DNA of 50,967 bases from a bacterium (GCA_021789195.1 JAJYJU010000001.1:1-50967); one strand, 5' to 3'. Numbered from the stretch's first letter, positions 19,780 through 30,200 are shown. A program made the numbers and translations. Notes: generated by a model from the letters alone, not told the origin.

Positions 19780-19840
19780 GTTAGCTTAAAGAGAAGTTGT
19801 TTTGTTATAATCCTTACGAGCAGCTATACCTGTTATATAT

Positions 19841-19915
19841 TAGGGCGTCGCCAAGTGGTAAGGCACCAGGTTTTGGTCCTGGCATTCGGGGGTTCGAATC
19901 CCTCCGCCCTAGCCA
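19841..19915 (+). tRNA. tRNA-Gln (TTG)
   Basis: Acceptor TAGGGCG/CGCCCTA, anticodon arm CCAGG-TT TTG GT-CCTGG, GTTCGAATC, encoded CCA; extended -10 TGTTATAAT at about 19803. Confidence 0.97.
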
Positions 19916-19925
19916 ATTTAGAAGT

Positions 19926-20423
19926 TTATAAACATTCAGCTAAGACTAACTCTAGAACTCTAGAGAAAGGCACTAAGTTAACTACTATACTATCTGTTGC
20001 TTTCATAATTCTTATCGGTTCAGTCGAACTATACGTGTATTGATTATTTGCTCGAGCCGTATTTGCCAAGTCTAATAGGCTTAACGCCACAATATCTGCG
20101 TAATCTCTGGGGTTTTCCGCAATACTCGAATCAAAAACGTCTTTTAGACTAAACGGGTCTTTAGCTCCAGATGAACTCATTATAGCTACACTTACCGGTT
20201 CAAAGCTAAATTTTAATATCTGATTGTGATCTTTTGAATCAATTATTGTACCGGCACCAGTAAATGTTGAGACAGTCTGATGATCTATATCATTAAGATT
20301 ATCGTCTGATGTTACATATCGACTATGAACAGAATCACTGCCGATAAATATAATTGAATAACTGTTCCCCTCGAGGGTCAGTATATTCGATTTCTGCTCC
20401 GCTCTTTTCTCTAAATTTTCCAT
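19926..20423 (-). CDS. Hypothetical protein
   Basis: 165-aa ORF filling the gap next to tRNA-Gln; no recognisable motif. Confidence 0.6.
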   Translation of the reverse strand: MENLEKRAEQKSNILTLEGNSYSIIFIGSDSVHSRYVTSDDNLNDIDHQTVSTFTGAGTIIDSKDHNQILKFSFEPVSVAIMSSSGAKDPFSLKDVFDSSIAENPRDYADIVALSLLDLANTARANNQYTYSSTEPIRIMKATDSIVVNLVPFSRVLELVLAECL

Positions 20424-20559
20424 AAACCTGCTCTTATGAAATTCTATACTTTAAATAAAGATATGAAAATTGCTTATAGTTATTTAAATTTTTAATCATA
20501 TAAGCATTTCTTGTTATGCTTGCATCTTGTATCTTTTGTAAGATACAGTTTGTTTACTT

Positions 20560-21459
20560 ATGACTAAACGATCGCCCGTTTTTAAAAATTCAGTTAAGCC
20601 GTTAAATATTAATCGACTTGATGGACGGATGGTTAGATTAATAAATACAAGCTCAAGAAATGAAATATTATTTGTCGGAGATATAAGTGCTAAGCTAGAG
20701 TATTGGTTTGGGTTGATGCGTGCCTTAAGTGACTTTGGTAGCGTTACGTCACCGGATTTACCCGGAATTGGTGGTATGACTAGTTTCTATAAAATTGGAC
20801 GTAAGCCGACAATAGATAATTTCGCAGATTACCTAGCCTCGTTTATTAAACTACGCTATAAAAAGCGGCGCATAATTATAGTAGGGGTTGGATTTGGATT
20901 TGTAGTTATAAATAGAATGTTGGCAAATTACCCGGATATTGCAAAGAAAGTAAATTTAGTAGTGTCGTTAGGCGGATATACTGACAATAGTGATTTTTCT
21001 TCCAAATGGGGTACGTCTATGACTTTCAAGTTTGTCGGTAAGCTATACTCAAACTTTTTTACTTCGCCAATCCTTAGGGCGCTCGTGTATAACAAAGGAT
21101 TTTTAAAAATGCACTATTTTCATCGATTACGGTCTACTAAAGCTGTTGCTGCTAAAGTTTTACTTAAAAATGAAGTTGAACGTTGGCAGAGTGGCGACCT
21201 TAGAACTTTCGGAGCAATTATGAGCCAACTTACATCTTTTAGTAATTGTAATAAACCAATAGATGTTAGGGCCTATCACTTATTTTTAAACGACCGCTCA
21301 ATAGTTCGTAACAGAGTAGAACAGCATCTAAGAGTTGTGTTTGATCAAATTATTATTGCTAGAACTAGCAAGAGAAATACCTACGTTCTAAAACAGGACA
21401 AACGAGCGGCAGCATATTTTTTGCCGACCGATTTGAAACAATTGCTCAATTCGTTTTAA
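20560..21459 (+). CDS. Alpha/beta hydrolase-fold protein, nucleophile apparently absent
   Basis: V..PDLPGIGG.T, FADYLASFI, nucleophile elbow reads IVGVGFG, then V.LVVSL. Confidence 0.7.
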   Translation: MTKRSPVFKNSVKPLNINRLDGRMVRLINTSSRNEILFVGDISAKLEYWFGLMRALSDFGSVTSPDLPGIGGMTSFYKIGRKPTIDNFADYLASFIKLRYKKRRIIIVGVGFGFVVINRMLANYPDIAKKVNLVVSLGGYTDNSDFSSKWGTSMTFKFVGKLYSNFFTSPILRALVYNKGFLKMHYFHRLRSTKAVAAKVLLKNEVERWQSGDLRTFGAIMSQLTSFSNCNKPIDVRAYHLFLNDRSIVRNRVEQHLRVVFDQIIIARTSKRNTYVLKQDKRAAAYFLPTDLKQLLNSF

Positions 21460-21510
21460 AAACAGTTATAAGCATTTGCGTTTAGTTTGCTTGTAGGTGA
21501 TAATTAGCTT

Positions 21511-22641
21511 ATGCTATTTCACTTGGGTCATAGGTATGATGACGATAAAAAATTGTCTCACGTAGAAGTTACTGTTTCGAATGATACTTTAATTAGAACT
21601 ATTTTTATTATATTAGTCACGCTTGGGTTAGTGTGGTCATTTTTGCAAATTCAGTCAGCTCTTGAACTGTTGTTATTCGCATTTTTCCTATGCCTGGTCT
21701 TAAATGGTCCTGTTAGCTGGTTTGCAAAAAAACTGCCTGGTAAAGCTAAGGGTAGTAGGTTATTAGCGACATCATTAACTTATTTAATAGTCATAGTTTT
21801 TCTGGGTGGATTCTTTACATACATAACACCACCTTTTGTGCATCAAACAGAAAAGTTTATAGCTGCTGCGCCTCACTTAGTTAAAGAAACCCAAAACCAA
21901 CATACTGCCCTGGGTCGTTTTGTTAGAAAACACCACCTACAAAACCAGGTTAATAATTTATCCAACCAAATTTCTAACCAACTTAAAAACATATGGGGAG
22001 TAGCTTTCTCTTCCTTAATTAGAATTGCTAAAGACATGTTCTCGATGATTGCCGTTTTAGCTTTGACGTTTATGATGCTAGTTGAAGGACCGCGATGGCA
22101 AGTTGGGCTGAGAAAGATATTTGTACAGCGCAAGAATGATGATCTGGTCACACGTATATCGCATGAAATGTACAGTGTAATCCGGGGCTATGTTAATGGT
22201 CAGGTACTATTAGCTTTAATAGCTGCCGTATTAGTTGCGCCTTCGCTGTTTATCATGGGTGTAAGTTACCCCGTAGCGTTGATGGTGGTTGTCTTTATTA
22301 GCGGTTTAATTCCTTTACTTGGTCACACTATCGGAGCCGTTATTCTAACTTCCGTAGCTTTGTTCCATTCAGTAGGCGCTGCGATTGTAGTGTTGATTTG
22401 GTATGTTATATATATCAATTTGGAAAACTATGTATTAGCTCCTAAGATACAAGCTAACACGACTAAGATGTCTCCTTTATTGGTCTTAATAGCTATAGTT
22501 GTTGGTATTAACTTTGGCGGACTACTTGGCGGTTTAATTGCAATTCCGGTTGCCGGTGTCATTAGGGTAATAGTTGTAGAGTTTCTTGAACAGCAAAAAA
22601 GACTGCCAAAAGATTATCTAAGCCAAAGTGAAGATTACTAA
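21511..22641 (+). CDS. AI-2E family transporter
   Basis: IRGYVNGQ, LIPLLG..IG, LENYVLAPKI, GGLLGGLIAIPVA. Confidence 0.9.
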   Translation: MLFHLGHRYDDDKKLSHVEVTVSNDTLIRTIFIILVTLGLVWSFLQIQSALELLLFAFFLCLVLNGPVSWFAKKLPGKAKGSRLLATSLTYLIVIVFLGGFFTYITPPFVHQTEKFIAAAPHLVKETQNQHTALGRFVRKHHLQNQVNNLSNQISNQLKNIWGVAFSSLIRIAKDMFSMIAVLALTFMMLVEGPRWQVGLRKIFVQRKNDDLVTRISHEMYSVIRGYVNGQVLLALIAAVLVAPSLFIMGVSYPVALMVVVFISGLIPLLGHTIGAVILTSVALFHSVGAAIVVLIWYVIYINLENYVLAPKIQANTTKMSPLLVLIAIVVGINFGGLLGGLIAIPVAGVIRVIVVEFLEQQKRLPKDYLSQSEDY

Positions 22642-24014
22642 GATAAATACTGCCAAATTGACCCGGTAGGTGTATCTAGAACAGTTAGGTTGTTTTTTTC
22701 TAATTCGCTTCTGATTGCATCGGCTCTAGCGAAGTCTTTAGTGAATCTTGCCTGTTCCCTATCACTTATGGATTGCTTTAGTGCGTCATTAATGTCTGGC
22801 GTATCTAATAATCTTAATCCAAACAAGTCATCGATTAAGCTTAGACTGCTTTCTATAGATACTTTGCTAAGTTTCAAGTTATCTGCTTTTTCAAGAAATG
22901 TTTCTAATTCAGCCAATGCCTCAGGAGTGTTTAAATCATCTTGCAATTTATTAAGAAGTTCTGGCGGGTTTAGAGTAATATCGCCCTCAGTCTGATACCT
23001 GCGCACAGCAAAATTCTTATATCTTAGTAAGCGGGTTTTGGCTGCCTCTAATGATTCCCAGCTGAATTTGCTTTGTGAGCGGTAGTGAGACTCTAGAACC
23101 AAGAGACGCAGTACTTCTGGCGTATAGCCTTTTTGTTCAATGTCTTCTAAAGTTACTGTATTTCCTAAACTTTTACTTATTTTTTCGTCGCTAATTAATA
23201 TGTGATTGGCGTGTATCCACATGGTAGCTAATGGTTTTTCAGTTAAGGCTTCGGACTGAGCGATCTCGTTAGTATGGTGGACGGGAATATGATCAATCCC
23301 CCCGCAATGAATATCTAACGTTTCACCAAGATATTTAAGGCTCATGGCTGAGCATTCTATATGCCAGCCTGGGAACCCCCTGCCCCAAGGGCTGTCCCAT
23401 TCCATGTCTCTATGTTTATCTGTTGGCGAGAACTTCCAAAGTGCAAAATCGGTCGGATTATGTTTTTCCGGGTTTAACTCAACTCTCGCGCCAGCTTGTT
23501 GTTCATCTAGGTCAAGTCTGGCAAAATCGGCATACCTACTGAACTTTGAACTGTCAAAATATATACCGTCCCAAATTCTATAGGTATAGCCTTTTTGTTC
23601 TAGCTTAGAAATGAAATCTATTTGTTCATTTATATGGTCAGTGGCTTTAGGTATTTGGTTCGGTTTAATAAAGTTTAGTTTGTCTAAAGATTTTATAAAG
23701 TAGTCACTATAAAACTTGGCAATATCCCAGGCATTTTTTCCTTCACTGCCTGCCTTTTTAGCAAGTTTATCTTCACCCGAATCAGCATCTGAAGTTAAGT
23801 GGCCGACGTCGGTTATGTTCATTACCCAGTTCGGTTCAAGTGCCGAAGCTTTTAAAGTTCTTATTAATAAGTCATAGCGGATAAACGTAAACCAGTTCCC
23901 GATGTGCATATAGTCGTATACCGTAGGACCACAAGTGTATATATTTACTGTGGGAGAGTTCTGAAGCGTTAAGTTCTCAACCTTGTGAGTTAGTGTGTTG
24001 TAAAGGCGTATCAT
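22638..24014 (-). CDS. cysS: Cysteine--tRNA ligase
   Basis: CGPTVY, HIGN, NITDVGH, DFALWK, PGWHIECSAMS, HHTNEIAQ, KISKS. Confidence 0.97.
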   Translation of the reverse strand: MIRLYNTLTHKVENLTLQNSPTVNIYTCGPTVYDYMHIGNWFTFIRYDLLIRTLKASALEPNWVMNITDVGHLTSDADSGEDKLAKKAGSEGKNAWDIAKFYSDYFIKSLDKLNFIKPNQIPKATDHINEQIDFISKLEQKGYTYRIWDGIYFDSSKFSRYADFARLDLDEQQAGARVELNPEKHNPTDFALWKFSPTDKHRDMEWDSPWGRGFPGWHIECSAMSLKYLGETLDIHCGGIDHIPVHHTNEIAQSEALTEKPLATMWIHANHILISDEKISKSLGNTVTLEDIEQKGYTPEVLRLLVLESHYRSQSKFSWESLEAAKTRLLRYKNFAVRRYQTEGDITLNPPELLNKLQDDLNTPEALAELETFLEKADNLKLSKVSIESSLSLIDDLFGLRLLDTPDINDALKQSISDREQARFTKDFARADAIRSELEKNNLTVLDTPTGSIWQYLS

Positions 24015-24015
24015 T

Positions 24016-25017
24016 CTACATATTATCCATTAGCTCACTGGCTTTAGCGATTAAAGATTTAGTTAGTTCTTCAGGACTTCGGTTGTCGGTTAATTTAAAT
24101 CCACTTGCGTATTCGTGCCCGCCTCCGTTAAATGCTTCTGCTAACTTGGCGGCAATTGGATATTTATAGTTAGTTCTAATTTTCCCGGTAATTTTCCCAT
24201 CAGGATATAACTTAATAACTATTGCGACTTTAGTATTAGTTGTTAAACGCATATCTTCAATCACTAGCATCGACGGATTATACATTGGGCTATAATGCTC
24301 TATCTCTTCCCAAGGAATTGTTAGAAAAGCAATCCGGTCATTATCGTAATACTCAATCCGCTTTAATAGTTCGCCTTTGTAACGGACTAATTCCGGGCTT
24401 TTGTTTTGAATTTCTCTTCTTGAAGCTTCAAGTTCAGACAGAGAGACGCCCTTTTCGACCATTTCAGCCACTGCATAAACAGTTTGGGCTGATGTATTTT
24501 CGGTCGTAAGTCCTAAAGTATCGGATAAAATAGCAACTGTTAAAGATTTTAGGGCCGTAAGATTCATTTCCAGATTTAGTTTTTTAGCTAACTTAAATAT
24601 TAACTCACCGGTTGCAGATGATTCCGGGTCTATGATTGCCACAGCAGCAAAATCAATCGTTGCGGGAGTGGCATGGTGATCCAGCACTATAATCGGGCGT
24701 TTTTTAATTTGCTCTAACAGATTTGTCTTAGCCAGGTTTTCTAATAAAGACAACGATGAGGTATCTACTATAATAACTAAATCAAATTGATTAGGAATAT
24801 CTCTCTCAACTCTGTCCCAGCCAGGTATATAAGATAAGTAACTCGGTAAACCAATACCGCATATCATAACTGTATCCTTGCCCATAACCATTAGGATTTG
24901 CTCTAGTGCTATAGCGCTACCTAAACTATCCCCGTCCGGGTTATCGGCCTGAAGGATTAGCACTTTACTAGACTCATCTATTAACTGCTTAACTTTGTTT
25001 ATTTGATCGTCTTGCAT
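24016..25017 (-). CDS. DHH/DHHA1 phosphoesterase (NrnA-like)
   Basis: NPDGDSLGS, VDTS, LDHH, SDT, GGGH..ASG. Confidence 0.9.
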   Translation of the reverse strand: MQDDQINKVKQLIDESSKVLILQADNPDGDSLGSAIALEQILMVMGKDTVMICGIGLPSYLSYIPGWDRVERDIPNQFDLVIIVDTSSLSLLENLAKTNLLEQIKKRPIIVLDHHATPATIDFAAVAIIDPESSATGELIFKLAKKLNLEMNLTALKSLTVAILSDTLGLTTENTSAQTVYAVAEMVEKGVSLSELEASRREIQNKSPELVRYKGELLKRIEYYDNDRIAFLTIPWEEIEHYSPMYNPSMLVIEDMRLTTNTKVAIVIKLYPDGKITGKIRTNYKYPIAAKLAEAFNGGGHEYASGFKLTDNRSPEELTKSLIAKASELMDNM

Positions 25018-25032
25018 ATATTTAATTTAACT

Positions 25033-25659
25033 TTAATCTTGCGTCGAAGAAAGAGTTTGGCGATGTTCAATCGCTCGTCCTAAGGAAATTTGATCGGCGT
25101 ATTCTAAATCGACACCTATAGGTAAACCTCTAGCTAGCCGGGTTATTTTAACTTTACGGTCGCCAATCTGTTGCTGTATATATAGTGCGGTTGATTCGCC
25201 CTCAACACTAGCATTAGTAGCAAGTATCACTTCGATAACCTTGTCTTCGTCTAATCGTTTTACGAGCTCCTTAATATGTAATTGTTCCGGTGTGATGCCG
25301 TCAATTGGTGAGACCAAGCCACCTAATACATGGTATGTACCGTGGAACAAACCAGTTTTTTCAATAGCTAATATATCAAAAGGTTCGGCCACTACGGCGA
25401 TGATTGTCTTATCTCTTCTAGGGTCGGTGTAAAGTGTCGATAATTGCTTACCCGATGGAATTAAAGCAAACGTTTTTTCGCAGTAGCTGATACCTTCTGG
25501 TAACGCTTTTAAAGCTGCCGCTAGTTTAATCGCCGAGTGCTGGTCATGTCTAACAAACCAATAAGCGTAACGTTCAGCCGTACGCGTACCAACGCCAGGT
25601 AGTGTGCTAAAGGCGTCAATCAATTCAGATAAAGCTGGGGGCAGTACGCTGCTACTCAT
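25033..25659 (-). CDS. recR: Recombination mediator RecR
   Basis: HhH LPGVGTRTAERY, YHVLGGLVSPIDG, TOPRIM ATNASVEGESTA, RLARGLPIG.DLEYAD. Confidence 0.96.
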   Translation of the reverse strand: MSSSVLPPALSELIDAFSTLPGVGTRTAERYAYWFVRHDQHSAIKLAAALKALPEGISYCEKTFALIPSGKQLSTLYTDPRRDKTIIAVVAEPFDILAIEKTGLFHGTYHVLGGLVSPIDGITPEQLHIKELVKRLDEDKVIEVILATNASVEGESTALYIQQQIGDRKVKITRLARGLPIGVDLEYADQISLGRAIEHRQTLSSTQD

Positions 25660-25666
25660 AACAAAA

Positions 25667-25960
25667 TTAAAGACCTAGACTACCTAGCATACCCATAAAT
25701 GGCTGCATTTTTTCAGTAGCAAGACGTTGGCTTTGCTGGATGGCTTCTCTAAATCCGTCTTCTAACCAGCGTTCAAGTTCGGTTATATCTTCTAGATCTA
25801 CCATGCTTGGATCAATGTGGACTTTTTTAATTTTTTGTTCACCATTAATTTCAATTTTCACCGCGCCATCACCTTTTTCTATTTGGATTACTTCTTTTTC
25901 TAGTTCTTTTTGCACTTTCTTTATCTTAAGTGCCATTTTAGCCTGATCGATTTTACTCAT
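25667..25960 (-). CDS. YbaB/EbfC family nucleoid-associated protein
   Basis: 97 aa, coiled N-terminus, G.GAVKIEING...I.KVHIDP; canonical position before recR. Confidence 0.88.
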   Translation of the reverse strand: MSKIDQAKMALKIKKVQKELEKEVIQIEKGDGAVKIEINGEQKIKKVHIDPSMVDLEDITELERWLEDGFREAIQQSQRLATEKMQPFMGMLGSLGL

Positions 25961-26045
25961 AAAATTTATCCCTGCTTAATTAGTCTTAGTTTGTCTGTTA
26001 ATAGTCTATCTTAGCTTAATTGCTAAGGCAAAAGTGGTTTTATTT

Positions 26046-27287
26046 CTATTTCAGATGATACGAATAAAGGGCGCTCGAGTTAGGGTTATTGGCCCAACCG
26101 ACAATATATGTTCTGATGGCATAAATTGATGTGAGCGATATGACTGCAAACATCACTATAATGCCAGTGTATCGGGCAATTGGATTACGCGGGAAAACAC
26201 TAAACCATTCCTTTAGCATATATGCCAATCCAGTTCCTGTAGTAATTGCTATTAAAGGCAGTAATGCTAGAGGACTTAATATTCCAAGACCCCCAATAAT
26301 CCATCCGGTTAGAAGTAGGATAAGTACGCTACGCCAGTGCCAGTTGTTCCATTTGGTTATGTAGTAGTAAAGCCCCAATATAAAGAGGAGACTAAATGTA
26401 ATCGGCATTAGGGGTAAATGACCCAAGCTTAAGTCGTACCCGAGAGTTTGATTGCTAAAGAATATATCGGCCGGAAATTTAATTAAGTTTAGAAAATAAT
26501 CGTGCGACATATGACTTAAGTTCCCGTTTAATCCGAAGCCAAGCCATGCTTTAAATTGTGCCATAGCAAAGTGTCTGATTAGCTGATAAGCAAGCGGAAG
26601 AATTGGAATAATTGGCGCAATTAGGACAAGCAATCGCTTATATAGATTAAGTTCCCTAAGCACGTTAATAATGTTTTTATAGCTTAATAGCAAGGCTGCA
26701 GTAGATATCCAGATACCACCCGGTACATATAAGGCAGTGTATGAAAGCAGTAGATAAATTACTAGTCTAAGACTTGTAGGTTTGGTGTTAAGTAAGGAAA
26801 CGGCATACAAGATGGCTATAACTAGCAATAGTTGAGTAATGCGATAAGTCGCCTCCCTGGCTGACGCTAAAAGTCCAAAATTGGTGAGAATTATGGCAGC
26901 GGCAAGCAAACCAATCTTATACCCATGCCAGCTGGATACAATCCAATAAACCAGGCTGACTACAACTAACCCGACGATAACCGATGCTAGTCTAAAAAAG
27001 TAGACGCTGTGATGAATGGCATATACGGCGTGCAAAAGCAGATAATATGGCCCGTACAGTGTGTTTAAAGATTGCCACCATGGACTATGAATTAGTAAAG
27101 CGTGCTTGGTCGAAAGCTCGCTTAAATTTACTAGTCCAGCTGTCAGGCTAGATAAACGCCAAAGTAGCAACAGTACGCTTGCAATAATTACAGCTATAAA
27201 TCCGTACATCTCTAGACTAGGCTTTAGCTTTTTAAAATTAGCTAAAAACTTTCGTTTAGCGGTTGTTGAGGATTTACTTTGTGCCAT
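26046..27287 (-). CDS. Multi-pass membrane protein, GT-C/ArnT-PMT glycosyltransferase-like
   Basis: About 10 TM helices, P-YY.LL, FRL.SV..G, L..SAR pattern typical of PMT_2-like proteins; acidic catalytic loop not obvious. Confidence 0.5.
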   Translation of the reverse strand: MAQSKSSTTAKRKFLANFKKLKPSLEMYGFIAVIIASVLLLLWRLSSLTAGLVNLSELSTKHALLIHSPWWQSLNTLYGPYYLLLHAVYAIHHSVYFFRLASVIVGLVVVSLVYWIVSSWHGYKIGLLAAAIILTNFGLLASAREATYRITQLLLVIAILYAVSLLNTKPTSLRLVIYLLLSYTALYVPGGIWISTAALLLSYKNIINVLRELNLYKRLLVLIAPIIPILPLAYQLIRHFAMAQFKAWLGFGLNGNLSHMSHDYFLNLIKFPADIFFSNQTLGYDLSLGHLPLMPITFSLLFILGLYYYITKWNNWHWRSVLILLLTGWIIGGLGILSPLALLPLIAITTGTGLAYMLKEWFSVFPRNPIARYTGIIVMFAVISLTSIYAIRTYIVGWANNPNSSALYSYHLK

Positions 27288-27304
27288 CTTTATTAATCAA
27301 TGTA

Positions 27305-28663
27305 TTAAAAGGGCTGTTTGTGTTTCGTATCGAGTGATCGAAAACGTTGTCGTTCGTTGTCGAAGAATAACTCAATACCGCCAATTGGTCCGTTACGGTG
27401 TTTTTTAATAAATATATCGGTGATTTTTTTACGATCTGTTTCGGGATTATAGAACTCTTCGCGGTAAATAAAGGCAACGACGTCAGCGTCTTGCTCTAAG
27501 GATCCACTTTCGCGTAGATCGGATAATTGTGGAATTTGTGGATTACGACTTTCAACTGAGCGGTTTAGCTGTGAAGCAGCCAGTAGTGGCACATCAAGTT
27601 CTCTGGCGATACTCTTTAAACCACGAGATATTTCGGATATTTCTTGAACCCTGTTACCGTCACTAGAGAATCTACCGCCACCACTCATTAGCTGTAGGTA
27701 GTCTACAATTATCATACCCAGCTTATGCCTGTGGTTTTCGCGTCTGGCAATGGTTCTTAGGTCGCTCACAGTAATACCCGGAGTATCATCAATATAGATA
27801 GGCGCTTCACTTAACGCACCCATGGCTTCACCTATTTTTTCAAAGTCAGTATCGGTTAAGTTACCGGTTCTGAGTGACCATGCATCGACGCCTGATTCTA
27901 TACTGAGCAATCTATCTACCAATTGTTCTTTACTCATTTCAAGGCTGAAGAATAAAACTGGTTCCTTGGATTTAACAGCCACATTATGGGCAAAGTTAAG
28001 CATTAATGCCGTTTTTCCCATTGATGGTCTAGCAGCTAGAATCATTAAGTCAGAACGTTGAAAACCGGCTAGTATATTATCTAGATCTTTAAATCCTGTA
28101 GATATACCGCGCAGTTTTTTCTTGTCTTTGTGTAGTTCATCTAAACGTTCAAAGCTTTCAGCTAGAATTGCTTCAAGACTAACAACTGATTGTTTAACAT
28201 GCTGCTCACTGACTGCAAAAAGATTGCTCTCAGCTGATTCTATCAGCTCGTGTAAAGCTTTTGACTCATCGAAACCTAAAGATACCATTTGTTGCGAAAC
28301 GGCTATTAAGCGTCTACGAAGTGATTTTTGAGCTACAATGTCAGCGTACTGCTCAACATGCGTGGCTGTGGGTACAAAGTTTGTAAGTTCGGTTAAATAG
28401 GATGCCCCTCCTACGCTGTCTAATTCGCCATTTGACTTTAATTGATTAGCTAAGGTTAGAACATCAATAGCTGAACGGTTCGTATAAAGTTCAACCATGC
28501 CGCTATATATAATTTCATGTCGTTTATCGAAAAAATCTGTCGGACGTATTTGATCGGCAATTTTAACAATAGCGTCAGTATCAATTAAAATTGAGCCGAG
28601 CAGTGATGCTTCAGCATCTAAGTTTTGCGGTGGTTGTTTTAATTCCATCAGCTTATCTGCCAT
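27305..28663 (-). CDS. dnaB: Replicative DNA helicase
   Basis: PPQNLDAEASLLG, AARPSMGKT, FSLEM, IVDYLQLM, SQLNR, DLRESGSLEQDAD, KHRNGP; no intein. Confidence 0.98.
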   Translation of the reverse strand: MADKLMELKQPPQNLDAEASLLGSILIDTDAIVKIADQIRPTDFFDKRHEIIYSGMVELYTNRSAIDVLTLANQLKSNGELDSVGGASYLTELTNFVPTATHVEQYADIVAQKSLRRRLIAVSQQMVSLGFDESKALHELIESAESNLFAVSEQHVKQSVVSLEAILAESFERLDELHKDKKKLRGISTGFKDLDNILAGFQRSDLMILAARPSMGKTALMLNFAHNVAVKSKEPVLFFSLEMSKEQLVDRLLSIESGVDAWSLRTGNLTDTDFEKIGEAMGALSEAPIYIDDTPGITVSDLRTIARRENHRHKLGMIIVDYLQLMSGGGRFSSDGNRVQEISEISRGLKSIARELDVPLLAASQLNRSVESRNPQIPQLSDLRESGSLEQDADVVAFIYREEFYNPETDRKKITDIFIKKHRNGPIGGIELFFDNERQRFRSLDTKHKQPF

Positions 28664-28745
28664 TGTTTACCCTTCGTAGTGTTCTTATTATATTTCTATG
28701 ACCTTGTTTAGCCTAACTTTTATGAACACTTTTTCCCCTATTCTG

Positions 28746-30200
28746 TCAAAGCAGTTCACCGCCACCAAAGATAGAGCTTATGGTCTCTATCTTATTTTCT
28801 TCATTTTTCTTTTCAACGTTTAATAGTTCTTTGTCCACCATACAGATAATTTTTACTTCTTTACCGCTAACTTTCTGGATGGCGTCATTAAGTATGGCTT
28901 GGTTTTTGGGATCACTAACCCTTTGTTTATGAAACATAAACGCAAATTTTAGCTTTATAGTATCGTTATCAAACTCAACTTTAGCCATTCTTACTACTCC
29001 GTACAATGTGTTATAGGTAGTTCTAAGTAGCGCTAAGACTTCACTCCATGACGTTTCATCTAATTCTGTTACCTTTTTCGGTGCTTTAGTTTGTTTAGTA
29101 ACAGGACTATCTTTAGACTCGTCTTTGATAGCACTAACTTTAGTTTCCTGAGTCTTAACATCATTTCCCTTAGTAGCCTCAACTTTAATCTCATCTTTTT
29201 TAAGTTCTTGATTAGACCTGATAGTTGGACTAATGTTTCTAGTTTCGGGCTGTGCTTTTAAGAGACAAATCTCCAAATAAATATCTGGATTTGAGGCTGA
29301 TCCTACGTCTAACAGGTTAGCTAACAAAGAAAGAGCTTTATCATTCGGTAGTCTAAGTTCGTTATTAATTAAACTTAATCTTAGCGATTTAGCAATTGAA
29401 GAAGATATCGACGTAGATGGATAACCTTGGTCTATAAGATCATGAATCTTTGTTATTATTTGATTTGTAGAGCCTTCGCTTACGGCATTGATTAGTTCTT
29501 CTACAGCTATTCTTGGCGGCACTCCAAGAAGCTGGTTTACTTCATTGGCAGTTATAGGTTGGGAAAAGTTAGCTGCCTGATCTAATAAACTGATACTGTC
29601 TCTAAAACTACCTTGCCCGTGCTCGGCAATAAGCTCGAGGGCATCGCTGTTAATCTTAATTTTTTCTTTCTTGGCGATTTCATTTAAATGTCCGGCTATT
29701 TTTTGAGTCTCAATTGGTTTAAATGCGAAACGCTGGGTCCGGCTGATGATTGTTTCGGGTAACTTATGTGCTTCCGTCGTAGCCATAATAAAGATGACAT
29801 GCTCAGGTGGTTCCTCCAGTGTTTTTAAAAGTGCATTAAAGGAATCGGAGGTTAGCATATGAACCTCGTCAATGATGTATACCTTATATCTGGCACTTAC
29901 CGGTGCAACATATACTTTTTCAATTAAAGCTTTAGTTTCTTCTAGTTTACGATTAGATGCGGCATCGATCTCAATAATATCCATATGACTTGAACTATCG
30001 CTATAATCTAGCCCGTTAATATCGTGGGCCAGTATTCTAGCTATAGAAGTCTTGCCGACTCCTTTAGGGCCTGTAAACAGGTAAGCGTGAGCTATCCGGC
30101 CGCTTTTAACGGCCTGATCGAGGGTTTTTGTTATATGCTCTTGTCCAACAATTTCAGACAACGACATTGAGCGATATTTGCGATATAGTGCTTGACCCAT
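28746..30200 (-). CDS. dnaX: DNA polymerase III subunit gamma/tau
   Basis: LYRKYR, VGQEHI, GPKGVGKTS, EIDAASN, IIDEVHML, LLKTLEEPP; C4 zinc module absent. Confidence 0.96.
   Translation of the reverse strand: MGQALYRKYRSMSLSEIVGQEHITKTLDQAVKSGRIAHAYLFTGPKGVGKTSIARILAHDINGLDYSDSSSHMDIIEIDAASNRKLEETKALIEKVYVAPVSARYKVYIIDEVHMLTSDSFNALLKTLEEPPEHVIFIMATTEAHKLPETIISRTQRFAFKPIETQKIAGHLNEIAKKEKIKINSDALELIAEHGQGSFRDSISLLDQAANFSQPITANEVNQLLGVPPRIAVEELINAVSEGSTNQIITKIHDLIDQGYPSTSISSSIAKSLRLSLINNELRLPNDKALSLLANLLDVGSASNPDIYLEICLLKAQPETRNISPTIRSNQELKKDEIKVEATKGNDVKTQETKVSAIKDESKDSPVTKQTKAPKKVTELDETSWSEVLALLRTTYNTLYGVVRMAKVEFDNDTIKLKFAFMFHKQRVSDPKNQAILNDAIQKVSGKEVKIICMVDKELLNVEKKNEENKIETISSIFGGGELL

Noticed and set aside
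19855..20043. 62-aa ORF on the plus strand
   Set aside because: It starts inside tRNA-Gln and overlaps the opposite-strand hypothetical.
17572..20423. Integrative element at tRNA-Gln, suggested by the VirD4-like gene and the ORFan
   Set aside because: No integrase, relaxase, VirB genes or duplicated tRNA 3' end was seen.
29191..29204. Possible dnaX -1 frameshift site (CTT AAA AAA GAT GA; a -1 shift would stop at TGA after domain III)
   Set aside because: The A AAA AAG heptamer is not in the phase used in E. coli, no stimulatory hairpin was evident, and A6 runs are common in this genome.
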